Below the pieces are notes generated by a model, which was given only the letters and a program-made list of their open reading frames with translations, did not search any database and was not told where the DNA came from. Below, one piece after another: positions 16,063-24,713 of a stretch of 32,000 bases of DNA. Within the stretch, counting starts at the first letter, position 1, and every line of letters begins with the position of its first letter. A program made the position numbers and the translations under genes. The stretch comes from Nitrosospira multiformis ATCC 25196 (GTDB lineage: Bacteria > Pseudomonadota > Gammaproteobacteria > Burkholderiales > Nitrosomonadaceae): NCBI RefSeq assembly GCF_000196355.1, contig NC_007614.1, positions 2,490,001 through 2,522,000 of the forward strand. Reading direction: 5' to 3'.

Positions 16063-16650
16063 TCAATCCTGATACTCGAACACTTCGACAACCTTGCGGA
16101 CGCCATCCGTGGATTTCGCAATCTTCACCGCGCTTTGCGCTTCCTCCCGGTCCACCATTCCCATCAGATAAACCACCCCATCCTCCGTCACGACTTTGAC
16201 GTGGTTGGCCTGGAATAGCCCCTCATTCACGAACCTCGCCTTGACCTTGGATGTAATCCAGGCATCATAACTGCGCGCGGTAAGCGGCTTGATCTCTCCT
16301 ACGGCAATTTCATTGGTGACGTCACGCACGCCTTCCACGGCCTTCACTATGTCTCCAATCTCATCTTTAACCTTCGCAGATGCCGCCTGGCCAGTCAGCA
16401 GTACCTTACCATTGAAGCTCGTGACCTCTACGTGAACCTTGCGGCCAAATTTTTCCTTGATTCTCCCGTTGCTCTTGAACTCGATGCTCTCATCCTGCAT
16501 CATGGTGCCGCTTGTACGTCTGTCCTCAGCTACCGCATATCCACTGCCCGCAGCCGCCCCCGTTACCGCCACCGCGGCGCAACCGGAGAGAAATGAAAGC
16601 GGAAGCAGGAAAAAAACAACCGCCAATAACTTCAAATTCAGGTTCTGCAT
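16063..16650 (-). CDS. dolP: Dual-BON-domain outer-membrane lipoprotein (DolP/YraP-like)
   Basis: ATG 16650 gives MQNLNLKLLAVVFFLLPLSFLSGC, a lipobox LSGC. Two BON-like repeats follow (VHVEVTSFNGKVLLTGQA; VKVVTEDGVVYLMGMV). At about 195 aa the length matches E. coli YraP. The 33 codons upstream in the ORF track are probably not translated. Confidence 0.8.
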   Translation of the reverse strand: MQNLNLKLLAVVFFLLPLSFLSGCAAVAVTGAAAGSGYAVAEDRRTSGTMMQDESIEFKSNGRIKEKFGRKVHVEVTSFNGKVLLTGQAASAKVKDEIGDIVKAVEGVRDVTNEIAVGEIKPLTARSYDAWITSKVKARFVNEGLFQANHVKVVTEDGVVYLMGMVDREEAQSAVKIAKSTDGVRKVVEVFEYQD

Positions 16651-16891
16651 ATATTCTCTCGGAAAAAATATCTCAACCTCTACTTTATCTCCTTTTATCC
16701 TCTCCTGGGGTGCATCCTCACCCTTTTCTGCATCAAAAGCGATCGTCAACCGGTGCGAGTTATCGATAAATTCTCCAGCGTGAAAAAAGTTCGGACGTAG
16801 GAGGGTTTAAGCAAGGATAGAAGGGCTTCATCCTTCCTGATTTGAGATGATCAGTAGGTCCCAAACAATTACCTGCACTAGAACGGATTCC

Positions 16892-19711
16892 TCAACTCTT
16901 GGTGGTTAATTCCTGATCTATTTCGCTAAGTAACCCCTGCAGCTTTTCTATCTCGACTGGCTTGGTAAGGTGATAATCGAATCCAGCAGTTCGCGCTCTT
17001 CGACGGTCCTCTTCGGATCCCCATCCGGTCAAAGCTACCAGGATCAAGCCCTTTATGTTCGAATCAGAACGGAGTTGTTGTGCAACTTCATACCCGCTCA
17101 GACCAGGAAGGCCAATGTCGAGGAACATTACGTCAGGTTGAAAGGTCTGAGCGGCCTTAAGAGCATCCGGGCCAGTGTGAACCGTCTCTACCGTATGTCC
17201 GGACATCATGAGGAGCATGGCGAGTGTTTCAGCCCCATCCACATTGTCGTCCACCACAAGGATATGGCGGGGAACAGATAGGGTACAGGAGTCCCCTGCC
17301 CCAGCAACTTGCCTCTTGATTATTTGCGTTGGGGGGAGGGGAAGACGGACAACGAACGTGCTGCCTTGCCCGAGGCCTTGGCTTTCCGCTGTAATGGATC
17401 CGTTGTGCATTTCTACAAGTCGCTTGACGAGGGCTAACCCGATGCCTAATCCTCCCTGTGAGCGATCCAGGGTTTTCCCGACCTGACTAAATAATTCAAA
17501 TACCTCTAGCAGAGCCTCTGACGTAAGGCCGACTCCGTTATCCCGCACCCTGATGATTACTTCGCTGCCATCTCTCTCGGCAGACAACTCGATTTGTCCT
17601 CCTTTGGAAGTGTACTTCGCGGCATTATTCAGGAGGTTACTCACTACCTGGGTCATACGCGTGGGATCGGCGTCAAGCAGGAGCGACTCTTTAGGATTCG
17701 AAATGAACAGCCTGTGCTGGTTTTCCTTAATAAGGGGCCGGCTCAGTTCGAGAGCTGCATCCAGTACCGCGCGAACATCTACCCACTCCTTCTTGAGTTG
17801 GACCTTTCCGCTGGTAATGCGGGAAACGTCAAGCAGATCGTCGATTAGATGGACCATATGTTCCACCTGTCGCTCCATGATCTCTCGCGTCCTCACCGTG
17901 GCCTCCATTGAAGGGGCCAGCTTGAGCACGGCAAGTCCGTTACGAACGGGGGCAAGAGGATTTCTAAGTTCATGAGCCAGCGTGGCGAGGAATTCATCCT
18001 TGCGTCGATCCTGCTCCCGCACTTGCTCATAAAGATAGGCGTTTTCGATCCCAGCAGAAGCAATCGCAGCAAGCTGCACCAGAATCGCCTCGTCCTCTTC
18101 GGTGAATTCGCCTTGAGTCTTGTCCGTGAGCTGGACCAAGCCGAGGTTTTTCCCCCCGTGGCCGATCAGCGGTACGGCAAGCCAGCCTCTCATGGGCGGA
18201 TGATCTTTGGCATGTTTTCCAAACCCTTTCCATGCTGGATGGGCTTCCATCTCTTGTTGAGTCATCCGCATCGGACAATTGGTACGGCATACTTCCATGT
18301 AAATGCCAGACCCGTCCGGCTTCTCGGAATAGGCATGGTAATGGGCATACTTGTCCGACAGTGATACCGCTCTAATCGCCTGTGCCCAGTTTTCTGAAAT
18401 AGTCACGGAAGTGACCGCTTGGTGAGCCCCAAGCATAGACCGGGCTTCTTCAGTCAAAATCCGGGCAATGCTGTCCACCGACCACTCCACGTTCATCGAC
18501 TTGCTTGCATTGGCTACCCGTGCCAGAAGTACGGCACGGCCCTTCTCTGTTCCCAAGAGAGCGGCCATCTTTTCTTCGGATTGCTTCTGCTCCGTGACAT
18601 CCCGGTATGCGACGACTGCTCCGGCGGGTCGCCCATCGACCATTATCGGAGAAACAGAGTAGGTAACTGGTACTGGCCTGCCATCCTTTCGCCAAAAGAC
18701 ATCGTCGTCCACACGCGCTGGCACACCCTCGCGCACAGCTAAGGCGACAGGGGACTCACTGACAGCGCGATGACCGCCGCCCGGGTGTGTGTGGTGAATG
18801 ATGTCGTGCAGGTGCCGACCAAGGAGCTCTCGAGCCTGGTAGCCAAGCATCGCTGCCCCAGCTGGATTCAGGTAGGTGCAGCGGAAATCTGGCCCCATTA
18901 CGTAAAGACCATCACCGACGGATTCAAAGATAGCCCGCAAGTACTCTCGGCTTTCCTGAAGATCCTTCTCGACCTGCTTGCGGTCCGTGATATCGAGCAG
19001 GTTTCCGGCATATCCGAGAAATTGGCCTTCGAGGGAGAAGCGAGGGCGGCCTGCGTCGATGATCCACCGGTACACACCATCGGCCCGCCGCAGCCGATAC
19101 TCGAGGAAGAATTCTTCTTTCCGCTCGTTTGCGAAAAGAAAATTTTTGCTTGCTTCCTCCCGATCTTCCGGATGCACGGCATTGAGCCACCCGAAGCCCA
19201 GCCCTTCTTCCTCGTCTTGGCCAGTGAACTCGTACCACCCTTGAGAGAGGAAAGAGCAGAAACCGTCCGGCTCGGTCACCCAGAGCATGGCCGGAGCGGC
19301 GTTGGCAAAGCCACGAAACAACTCTTCGCTTTGCTGGAGGGCCTGCTCGGACCGCTGCTGCTGGGCAATGACAGTCACTTGGTTGGCAGCGAGCTCCAGC
19401 AGCAGCCGATCATCCTCAGTTGGAAAGCCTGCGCGCTGCGAACCAGTGACTAACACATCACGCTCTTCCAAGCCGAACCGAGTGAGAGTCATTCGCAGAG
19501 TACCCGTGCCAAACGGATCAGGCACTATAGCAACCGGGATTGAAGCAGCATTGCTCAAGAGGGAAGTGAGCCAGTCCCGCACTTCGTAAATGCAGCGGCC
19601 CGCATCAGGACGATGCTTGCTGCATATAGCCTCCGTGAAGCCAGAGCTGTTGGGCTGGGCAAGGCGGATGTAGACCAAGTCAAGATCAAGAGTACTCGAG
19701 AGAACTTTAGC
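16892..19711 (-). pseudogene. Hybrid sensor histidine kinase (GAF-PAS-PAS-GAF-HisKA-HATPase-REC), 3' portion cut off from its start by an IS insertion
   Basis: HisKA H-box FLATLAHELRNPLAP, HATPase motifs (NLLNNAAKYT, DNGVGL, GGLGIGLALV) and a receiver domain (ILVVDDNVDGAE...DVMFLDIGLPGLSGYE...LTGWG). The reading frame stays open upstream of the listed TTG (19678) right to the IS end at 19711-19712. Confidence 0.85.
19705..19711. repeat. Left copy of the 7-bp target-site duplication CTTTAGC
   Basis: An identical heptamer directly flanks both IS ends (19705-19711 and 20935-20941). Confidence 0.8.
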
Positions 19712-19739
19712 TGTAGTAGTTCAGATTTAATCTGACAGT
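19712..19739. repeat. IS left terminal inverted repeat (TGTAGTAGTTCAGATTTAATCTGACAGT)
   Basis: It matches the reverse complement of 20907-20934 (TGTAGTAGTCGCGATCCCATCAGACAGT) at the first 9 positions and at about 21 of 28 overall, by manual count. Confidence 0.75.
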
Positions 19740-19827
19740 AGGGCCTTGCGAAAAGCGGGGTTACCCGGTTTGATAGAGGTGCGAATCTTTATCAAATTGA
19801 GCGCTGAAAGCGCAAAGGAGTAACCCC

Positions 19828-20871
19828 ATGAGTAGTGTTCAACAAAATGTTATTAAGCACAAGGTAGGGCTGCTTAATCTGGCAGCCGAGCTTGGCAATG
19901 TATCGCGTGCCTGCAAGGTGATGGGCTTTTCCCGGGATACCTTCTATCGGTATCAGTCAGCGATGGAAAATGGTGGTATCGATGCCCTGATTGATGCCAA
20001 TCGAAGGAAGCCCAATCCCAAGAATAGAGTTGAAGAAGCAGTCGAGATGGCGGTAGCTGCATTTGCCCTTGAGCAGCCTGCATTCGGGCAAGTGCGCGTT
20101 TCCAACGAGTTACGCAAACGCGGCATCTTCATTTCTCCTTCAGGCGTTCGCTCTGTCTGGCTGCGCAGGGACCTGGAATCATTCAAGAAGCGGTTGGCGG
20201 CACTGGAATGTCATATCGCGCAGACTGGAGAAGTGCTGACCGAAGCGCAGGTTAGTGCCCTGGAGAAGAAGCAGGACGACGATGTCGCCCATGGGGAGGT
20301 GGAAACCGCCCATTCAGGCTACCTTGGCAGTCAGGATACCTTCTATGTGGGCACGATCAAGGGCGTGGGTCGTATTTATCAGCAGACCTTCGTCGACACC
20401 TACTCCAAGTGGGCCACAGCCAAGCTCTATACGACCAAAACGCCGATTACAGGCGCGGATTTGCTCAACGATCGGGTACTACCCTTCTTTGCAGAACAGG
20501 ACATGGGCCTGATCCGAATTCTGACCGACCGAGGCACTGAATATTGCGGCAAGCCAGAGACTCACGATTATCAGCTCTATCTGGCGCTCAATGATATTGA
20601 ACATACTCGCACCAAAGCCAATCATCCGCAGACCAACGGCATCTGTGAGCGCTTTCACAAGACGATCCTGCAAGAGTTCTACCAGGTCGCGTTCCGGCGC
20701 AAGATATACCGATCAATCGAGGAGTTGCAAATTGACCTGGATGACTGGCTGCACTACTACAATCACGACCGCACTCATCAGGGCAAGATGTGCTGCGGGC
20801 GAACACCCATGCAAACATTAATTGACGGAAAGGAGGTGTGGAACGATAAAATCACATTACTGAACAGTTGA
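19828..20871 (+). CDS. IS481-family transposase (HTH + integrase-core/rve DDE domain)
   Basis: N-terminal HTH (NVSRACKVMGFSRDTFYRY), SQDTFYVGTIKGVGRIYQQTFVDTYS, TDRGTEYCG and HPQTNGICERFHKTILQEFY are typical rve-domain blocks. An AAGGAG SD lies upstream of the ATG. Confidence 0.88.
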   Translation: MSSVQQNVIKHKVGLLNLAAELGNVSRACKVMGFSRDTFYRYQSAMENGGIDALIDANRRKPNPKNRVEEAVEMAVAAFALEQPAFGQVRVSNELRKRGIFISPSGVRSVWLRRDLESFKKRLAALECHIAQTGEVLTEAQVSALEKKQDDDVAHGEVETAHSGYLGSQDTFYVGTIKGVGRIYQQTFVDTYSKWATAKLYTTKTPITGADLLNDRVLPFFAEQDMGLIRILTDRGTEYCGKPETHDYQLYLALNDIEHTRTKANHPQTNGICERFHKTILQEFYQVAFRRKIYRSIEELQIDLDDWLHYYNHDRTHQGKMCCGRTPMQTLIDGKEVWNDKITLLNS

Positions 20872-20906
20872 ATCTGATCTGACAACTGCACCAGTCAAAT
20901 CGGGAA

Positions 20907-20934
20907 ACTGTCTGATGGGATCGCGACTACTACA
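20907..20934. repeat. IS right terminal inverted repeat
   Basis: Reverse complement partner of 19712-19739. Confidence 0.75.
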
Positions 20935-20941
20935 CTTTAGC
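20935..20941. repeat. Right copy of the 7-bp target-site duplication CTTTAGC
   Basis: Identical to 19705-19711. Confidence 0.8.
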
Positions 20942-21070
20942 GAGTCTCTTGGCAATATCCTCCGGTTCTAAACCAGCCCACGCCTCCGACAGGGTCGAGA
21001 GAGCTACTAAATCCCGCATTGTTCGCCGCAAGCGGCGTAATGCATCATTATCGTTCTCAGCTACATCCAT
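20935..21070 (-). pseudogene. Detached 5' end (about 44 codons) of the hybrid histidine kinase gene
   Basis: My manual translation of the minus strand gives ATG 21070-21068, preceded by AGGAGG 9 nt upstream. It reads MDVAENDNDALRRLRRTMRDLVALSTLSEAWAGLEPEDIAKRLA and runs in frame into the TSD. Removing the IS and one TSD copy joins it in frame to ...KVLSSTLDLDLVYIRLAQ... at 19708. Confidence 0.8.
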
Positions 21071-21641
21071 CGAGTTGTGCCTCCTGGTACACCTGCCGGC
21101 ATATAGAGGGATTACTCATCAGTGGTTCGCGCCTGAGTTTCTTTAAGCATCTCCTCAGCAGGGACATAGAAAGGGCCCTTCTGGATGCTTCTGATCAGCC
21201 CTGCGGCATTAAGACAACTGCCGTTATGAGCGTTTTAACTGCGTCTTTAGATATAGCAGTACTGCGGCTATGCATGCAATTTTATATTTATCTTACCGTC
21301 CAGAACCATCAGGAGAAGCTACTTGCGAGTCGTTAAAAGGCCGTTATGACCTCGATAACGTATTTTATCAGCCACTTCTAATCTCCCCATTTCTGTAACC
21401 CCTTAAGTATCGATTGTGTCAATTTGTGGTACACCCTATACGTACACTTTCTACCCGACACTTTTCCTCTCTTTTTCACCTCTTTTCTGTCATTTTAGGT
21501 TTCCTCTGCTCTTAAACTGACAAGATCAGCCAAAGCTATAGACTCTATCCTGACAAATACGGAGGAGTCATGACCAATCAACGGATCGGTTTCGTACGCC
21601 GCTCTTACTCACACTCATTCTGGTTCAGGTCTATAAAAGAG

Positions 21642-21670
21642 TTGACAATATTAACCTATTAGGTTGACAT
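21642..21670 (+). promoter_or_regulatory. Putative mqsR-mqsA promoter
   Basis: TTGACA at 21642-21647, a 17-nt spacer, then TGACAT at 21665-21670 as a weak -10. The mqsR ATG is at 21678 with no SD in between. The -10 assignment is weak. Confidence 0.4.
21653..21665. promoter_or_regulatory. MqsA-type operator palindrome AACCT-ATT-AGGTT
   Basis: A perfect 5+3+5 palindrome with the ACCT-N3-AGGT core described for E. coli MqsA operators, sitting inside the spacer of the putative promoter. Confidence 0.6.
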
Positions 21671-21677
21671 ACTGTTC

Positions 21678-21980
21678 ATGGACAAGAGCAAACCACATTA
21701 CGAACTGGACAAGGTCAAAAGCTTAATACGCGCTGGTCAGTATCGGATAACAAGAGTCGCAAGCGAAGGCGGCGACAAGCTAGGTTTTAAAAACACCCAA
21801 GAGATCGCGGAATTCGTGCTAACGCTGAAACGCACCGATTTCTATAAAAGCATGACAAGCAACATGAACCACAAGGAATGGCAAGACGTGTATCACGGCG
21901 ACGGGCCAACGAAAAAAGTGGTTTACCTGAAATTCATTGTCACGAACGACGTATTGATACTTTCCTTTAAGGAGAAATGA
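21678..21980 (+). CDS. mqsR: Type II toxin MqsR (mRNA interferase)
   Basis: It resembles E. coli MqsR end to end: KPHYELDKVKSLIRAGQYRITR, DFYKSMTS, WQDVYH, YLKF and the identical C-terminus LILSFKEK. Confidence 0.88.
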   Translation: MDKSKPHYELDKVKSLIRAGQYRITRVASEGGDKLGFKNTQEIAEFVLTLKRTDFYKSMTSNMNHKEWQDVYHGDGPTKKVVYLKFIVTNDVLILSFKEK

Positions 21981-21981
21981 G

Positions 21982-22455
21982 ATGAGATGTTCACTGTGCG
22001 GGAAGGGCGAGGTGGTAGCGGGTACCCGCGATGTGCCCTTTACCTATAAGGGCCAAAAAACCTTTATTAAAAATATTCGGGGGGAGTACTGCAACCGCTG
22101 CGGCGAGGGTTACTATGGCCCGGAGCACGATGGCGATATTCTCATGGCCGGATACCGCGAGTTCAGAGAAAAAGTCGATACTGTGCTGGCCGAGCAGGCC
22201 ACATTCGTGGAGCAGGTGCGGAAGAAACTGGGGCTCGACCAGCGTGAAGCAGGGGAGATTTTTGGCGGCGGAGTGAATGCCTTTTCGCGTTATGAGACTG
22301 GAAAAGTCAGAACACCGGTCTCTGTCATGCAGCTGTTCACGCTACTCGACCGGCACCCTGAGCTACTTGAGGAAATCAGGCAGAATAGATATCGGACCAG
22401 GGGTACACAGGAGCTTCGTGAGGAAGTATCCGCGCAGAAGGAACTGACGGATTGA
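21982..22455 (+). CDS. mqsA: Antitoxin MqsA (N-terminal zinc-ribbon + C-terminal HTH-XRE domain)
   Basis: CSLCGKG...CNRCGEG gives the four zinc cysteines. VRKKLGLDQREAGEIFGGGVNAFSRYETGK and LLDRHPELLEEIR match E. coli MqsA. An AAGGAG SD lies within the mqsR 3' end, and the ATG starts 1 nt after the mqsR stop. Confidence 0.88.
   Translation: MRCSLCGKGEVVAGTRDVPFTYKGQKTFIKNIRGEYCNRCGEGYYGPEHDGDILMAGYREFREKVDTVLAEQATFVEQVRKKLGLDQREAGEIFGGGVNAFSRYETGKVRTPVSVMQLFTLLDRHPELLEEIRQNRYRTRGTQELREEVSAQKELTD
22279..22425 (+). repeat. Best-conserved nucleotide block of the mqsA tandem duplication, copy 1
   Basis: It aligns without gaps to 22761-22907 (offset 482 nt). About 120 of 147 positions are identical by my manual count, which is approximate. 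Confidence 0.7.
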
Positions 22456-22466
22456 GCGAGAAAAAC

Positions 22467-22964
22467 ATGGAGTGCGTCATATGTTGGAAGGGCGAACTTG
22501 TACGCGATACGCGTGATGTGTCTTTTACCTACAAGTGTCAAAAGACCTTCATTAAAGATATCGACGGCGAGTATTGCACACATTGCGGCATGGGCTATTA
22601 CGGACCTGAACATGCCGGTGACGAACTGGTGGCAGGAATGGTTGAATTCAGGAAGCATGTGGACAGCGTGCTGCAAGAGCAGGGTCTATTCGTGGCCAAG
22701 ACCAGACAAAAACTGGGGCTTGAACAGAACGAAGCGGATGGGATTTTCGGCGGCATTAACGCCTTTTCTCGTTACGAAAGCGGAAAAGTAAGGACGCCAG
22801 TCGCGGTCATGCAGCTTTTGACGCTGCTCGACCGGCACCCGGAGCTGCTTGAGGAAATCAGACAGAACAGATATCGGATCGGGGGTGCACAGGAGTTTCG
22901 TGAGGAGTCGTTCGGGTCCATCGGCGCAGACCAGAATCAACTGAGATTGACCGTTAATCCATGA
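22467..22964 (+). CDS. Second, diverged MqsA-like antitoxin paralogue (tandem copy)
   Basis: Same architecture as mqsA: CVICWKG...CTHCGMG and TRQKLGLEQNEADGIFGGINAFSRYESGK...LLDRHPELLEEIRQNRYR. It is roughly two-thirds identical to the first copy by eye. ATG 22467 is preferred to TTG 22452. Confidence 0.8.
   Translation: MECVICWKGELVRDTRDVSFTYKCQKTFIKDIDGEYCTHCGMGYYGPEHAGDELVAGMVEFRKHVDSVLQEQGLFVAKTRQKLGLEQNEADGIFGGINAFSRYESGKVRTPVAVMQLLTLLDRHPELLEEIRQNRYRIGGAQEFREESFGSIGADQNQLRLTVNP
22761..22907 (+). repeat. Best-conserved nucleotide block of the mqsA tandem duplication, copy 2
   Basis: See 22279-22425. Confidence 0.7.
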
Positions 22965-23125
22965 AGTCGTCGATAGTGCCAGCCTTTGGATGTAGTTTTT
23001 TGAACCGACATCTCTGATGAAGACGCGGCCACTCTTGCCTTACTGCCCCTTTCGTATAAGTTTGCCACTACCGACCGCATGCCCGCTGAAGACTTTACAG
23101 CGGATGCCTCCAGTAAACATGGTTG

Positions 23126-23506
23126 TTATTCGTGCGCCCCCGCTCGCCACTGCTTGGTACGCATCACGTTTTCCATCATCTTCAATGTAAGCGGCAAGTA
23201 CTCATTGTGTTGCCTGGCCAAATAACCAGCAAAAGGCAGGATTGAGAACAGTGCACCAAGAAGCGCATTCTTCCCCGCAAACTCGGGTGGGAAGAACTTA
23301 TCAAACTCGAAGCCACTCAGGTCTACGTGATAGTGATCTGCCAACTCTTCCATGTAGGCCTCAGCGATATCGCCGTAAAGGCCAAGATCGTGATACATCC
23401 GCGTGTTGCCATTACACCGGGCGATCATGCGTTCAGACAGGCCGCAGCGCTTAAGGTATTCGCGCAATTCGATCGAGAGTTCATTTGCCATAGACATCAA
23501 TCGCAA
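23126..23506 (-). CDS. DUF1493-like (acyl-carrier-like) protein; putative immunity protein for the upstream Rhs C-terminal domain
   Basis: [39 protein letters not shown] resembles the DUF1493 signature (DLGIYGDDA...F.VD.S.F.F..YFP.E). A hydrophobic segment [17 protein letters not shown] follows. It overlaps the Rhs-tip stop by 10 nt. The immunity role is inferred from position only. Confidence 0.55.
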   Translation of the reverse strand: MRLMSMANELSIELREYLKRCGLSERMIARCNGNTRMYHDLGLYGDIAEAYMEELADHYHVDLSGFEFDKFFPPEFAGKNALLGALFSILPFAGYLARQHNEYLPLTLKMMENVMRTKQWRAGAHE

Positions 23507-24291
23507 GAGAGAGCGTCATAGACTTCATAGGCCGCCAAGGCAGCACCGGCATACGGGACCTTCCGCAGAACCTCGGTGATCCCGTTCCGCGTCGCAACCG
23601 AGTACATGCCGCTCTTTGCCGCCATATGATTCATCTGGCTAAAACTTGAGGTCCCCGTACCCGCAAGGCCTCCACCAGCAATACCTCCTCGCGGTTTGCT
23701 CGCAAACCTACCAGCCCCACCAACTGCACCGCCGGCTGCTGCATTGCCGGCGGCACCGACCGGCGTGGTTTGGCACGTGCAATGCTCCTTCTTGTAGCGC
23801 TCAAGTGCATAGTCGAACGCGTAGCCAACCCCGATGCCGATCAGGATCGGAACAAATGCAATTTCCCCTGTAGGATCGATCTTGGAAAGGGGATTTCCTT
23901 CAACATATACGTAGGTATTAATTCCTCCTGCCAACCCAATCGGATCACTCTGGATATAGCGCCCTGTCTTAGGATCGTAATCCCGGAAGTAGTTGTAGTG
24001 CAGGCCTGTTTCGGCATCATGATACTGACCCGGGTATCTCAGATTGTAGCTGAACGTTCCCAGTCCTGAGGGGTTCTGGTTCGGTGGATTGGCGCCGAAG
24101 GGTCCATATCCCACACCCACACTGCCTGGCCTATCGCATCATGAATCTGCCGAGGTATTGAGGTGATCGGTATGGATGTAGTAGATGGTGCCGTATCTGA
24201 GGATAGCCAGGGGAAGGTCGCCCAGCCAGACGGTCTCCTGGATGGGATTGCCTGCCACGCCGTATTCTCCGATCAACTGTCCGCCCTCGTT
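23497..24291 (-). pseudogene. Orphan Rhs/YD-repeat toxin tip: last core repeats + RHS-associated core + variable C-terminal domain; 5'-truncated, with an internal stop and compensating frameshifts
   Basis: The listed ORF has the RHS core end [61 protein letters not shown]. Upstream, the same frame reads NEGGQLIGEYGVAGNPIQETVWLGDLPLAILRYGTIYYIHTDHLNT and then hits TGA at 24139-24141. The +1 frame between gives [18 protein letters not shown], the expected Rhs sequence, so two indels have occurred. Homology stops abruptly at about 24291. Confidence 0.8.
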
Positions 24292-24713
24292 TCACTTAAC
24301 AGTTAAAATATTAAAAATTCAATGTTTTAGCAACAATATAGATGTAATCAGATTATATGAATTGAATACTGTTAATCCATAAATCCATCAACAAGAGCCT
24401 GCCTTCTTTCTTCTCATTCTTTCCGTTCGGCTCAACAGATAACATCTACCTTGTAAATCACTCCTCTTTGATTAACCCCGTCCTCTCCGATGAGAATAAA
24501 CCCGCATTCATGGACATTGTGTTCTCACCGGTAAATTAGCTAGGTGTGGAGCAGTTAGCTTCGAAAAAACCGGGAAACTACGAAAACCGCATGAGAAAGT
24601 GAGAAATGGCCTGAGTTAAAATCAAAACGCGTTGATTAACCGGCTAAAATTTGGTGGTTTTAATGGTGGGTATAAATTCCAACTTACTTGAAACCGCGTA
24701 TTTACGCGATGGA

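Larger units (their letters stand above)
19712..20934 (+). mobile_element. IS481-family insertion sequence (1223 bp)
   Basis: A single 347-aa DDE/rve transposase ORF is bounded by imperfect terminal inverted repeats starting TGTAGTAGT and flanked by a 7-bp direct repeat. Size and organisation fit IS481 family members. Confidence 0.85.

Noticed and set aside
21113-21223. A minus-strand reading frame ...LNAAGLIRSIQKGPFYVPAEEMLKETQARTTDE ending 40 nt upstream of the kinase start.
   Set aside because: It is preceded by an in-frame stop with only a TTG as a possible start, and no family was recognised. It may be a remnant, but I cannot support it.
20949-21336. Plus-strand ORFs 20949-21146 and 21019-21336 just right of the IS.
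   Set aside because: The minus strand here carries the SD, the ATG and the first 44 codons of the interrupted kinase. The plus-strand ORFs have no SD or recognisable features.
21570-21662. A 30-codon ORF (MTNQRIGFVRRSYSHSFWFRSIKELTILTY) with GGAGGAG just upstream, ending inside the mqsR operator.
   Set aside because: It is too short and has no recognisable family. The SD spacing is very tight, and it cannot be supported without conservation or expression data.
21100-21700. I looked for a direct repeat of the tRNA-Ser 3' end (att site) at the far side of the islet.
   Set aside because: No copy of the GGATTCGAACCCAC or CTCTTCCGCCA segments was found by eye, so the island boundary remains undefined. 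A computational repeat search is needed.
24695-24708. The hairpin CGCGT-attt-ACGCG immediately downstream of the tRNA-Ser 3' end, considered as a tRNA terminator.
   Set aside because: It has a 5-bp stem followed by only three U residues on the transcribed strand, which is marginal, so I did not list it as a feature.
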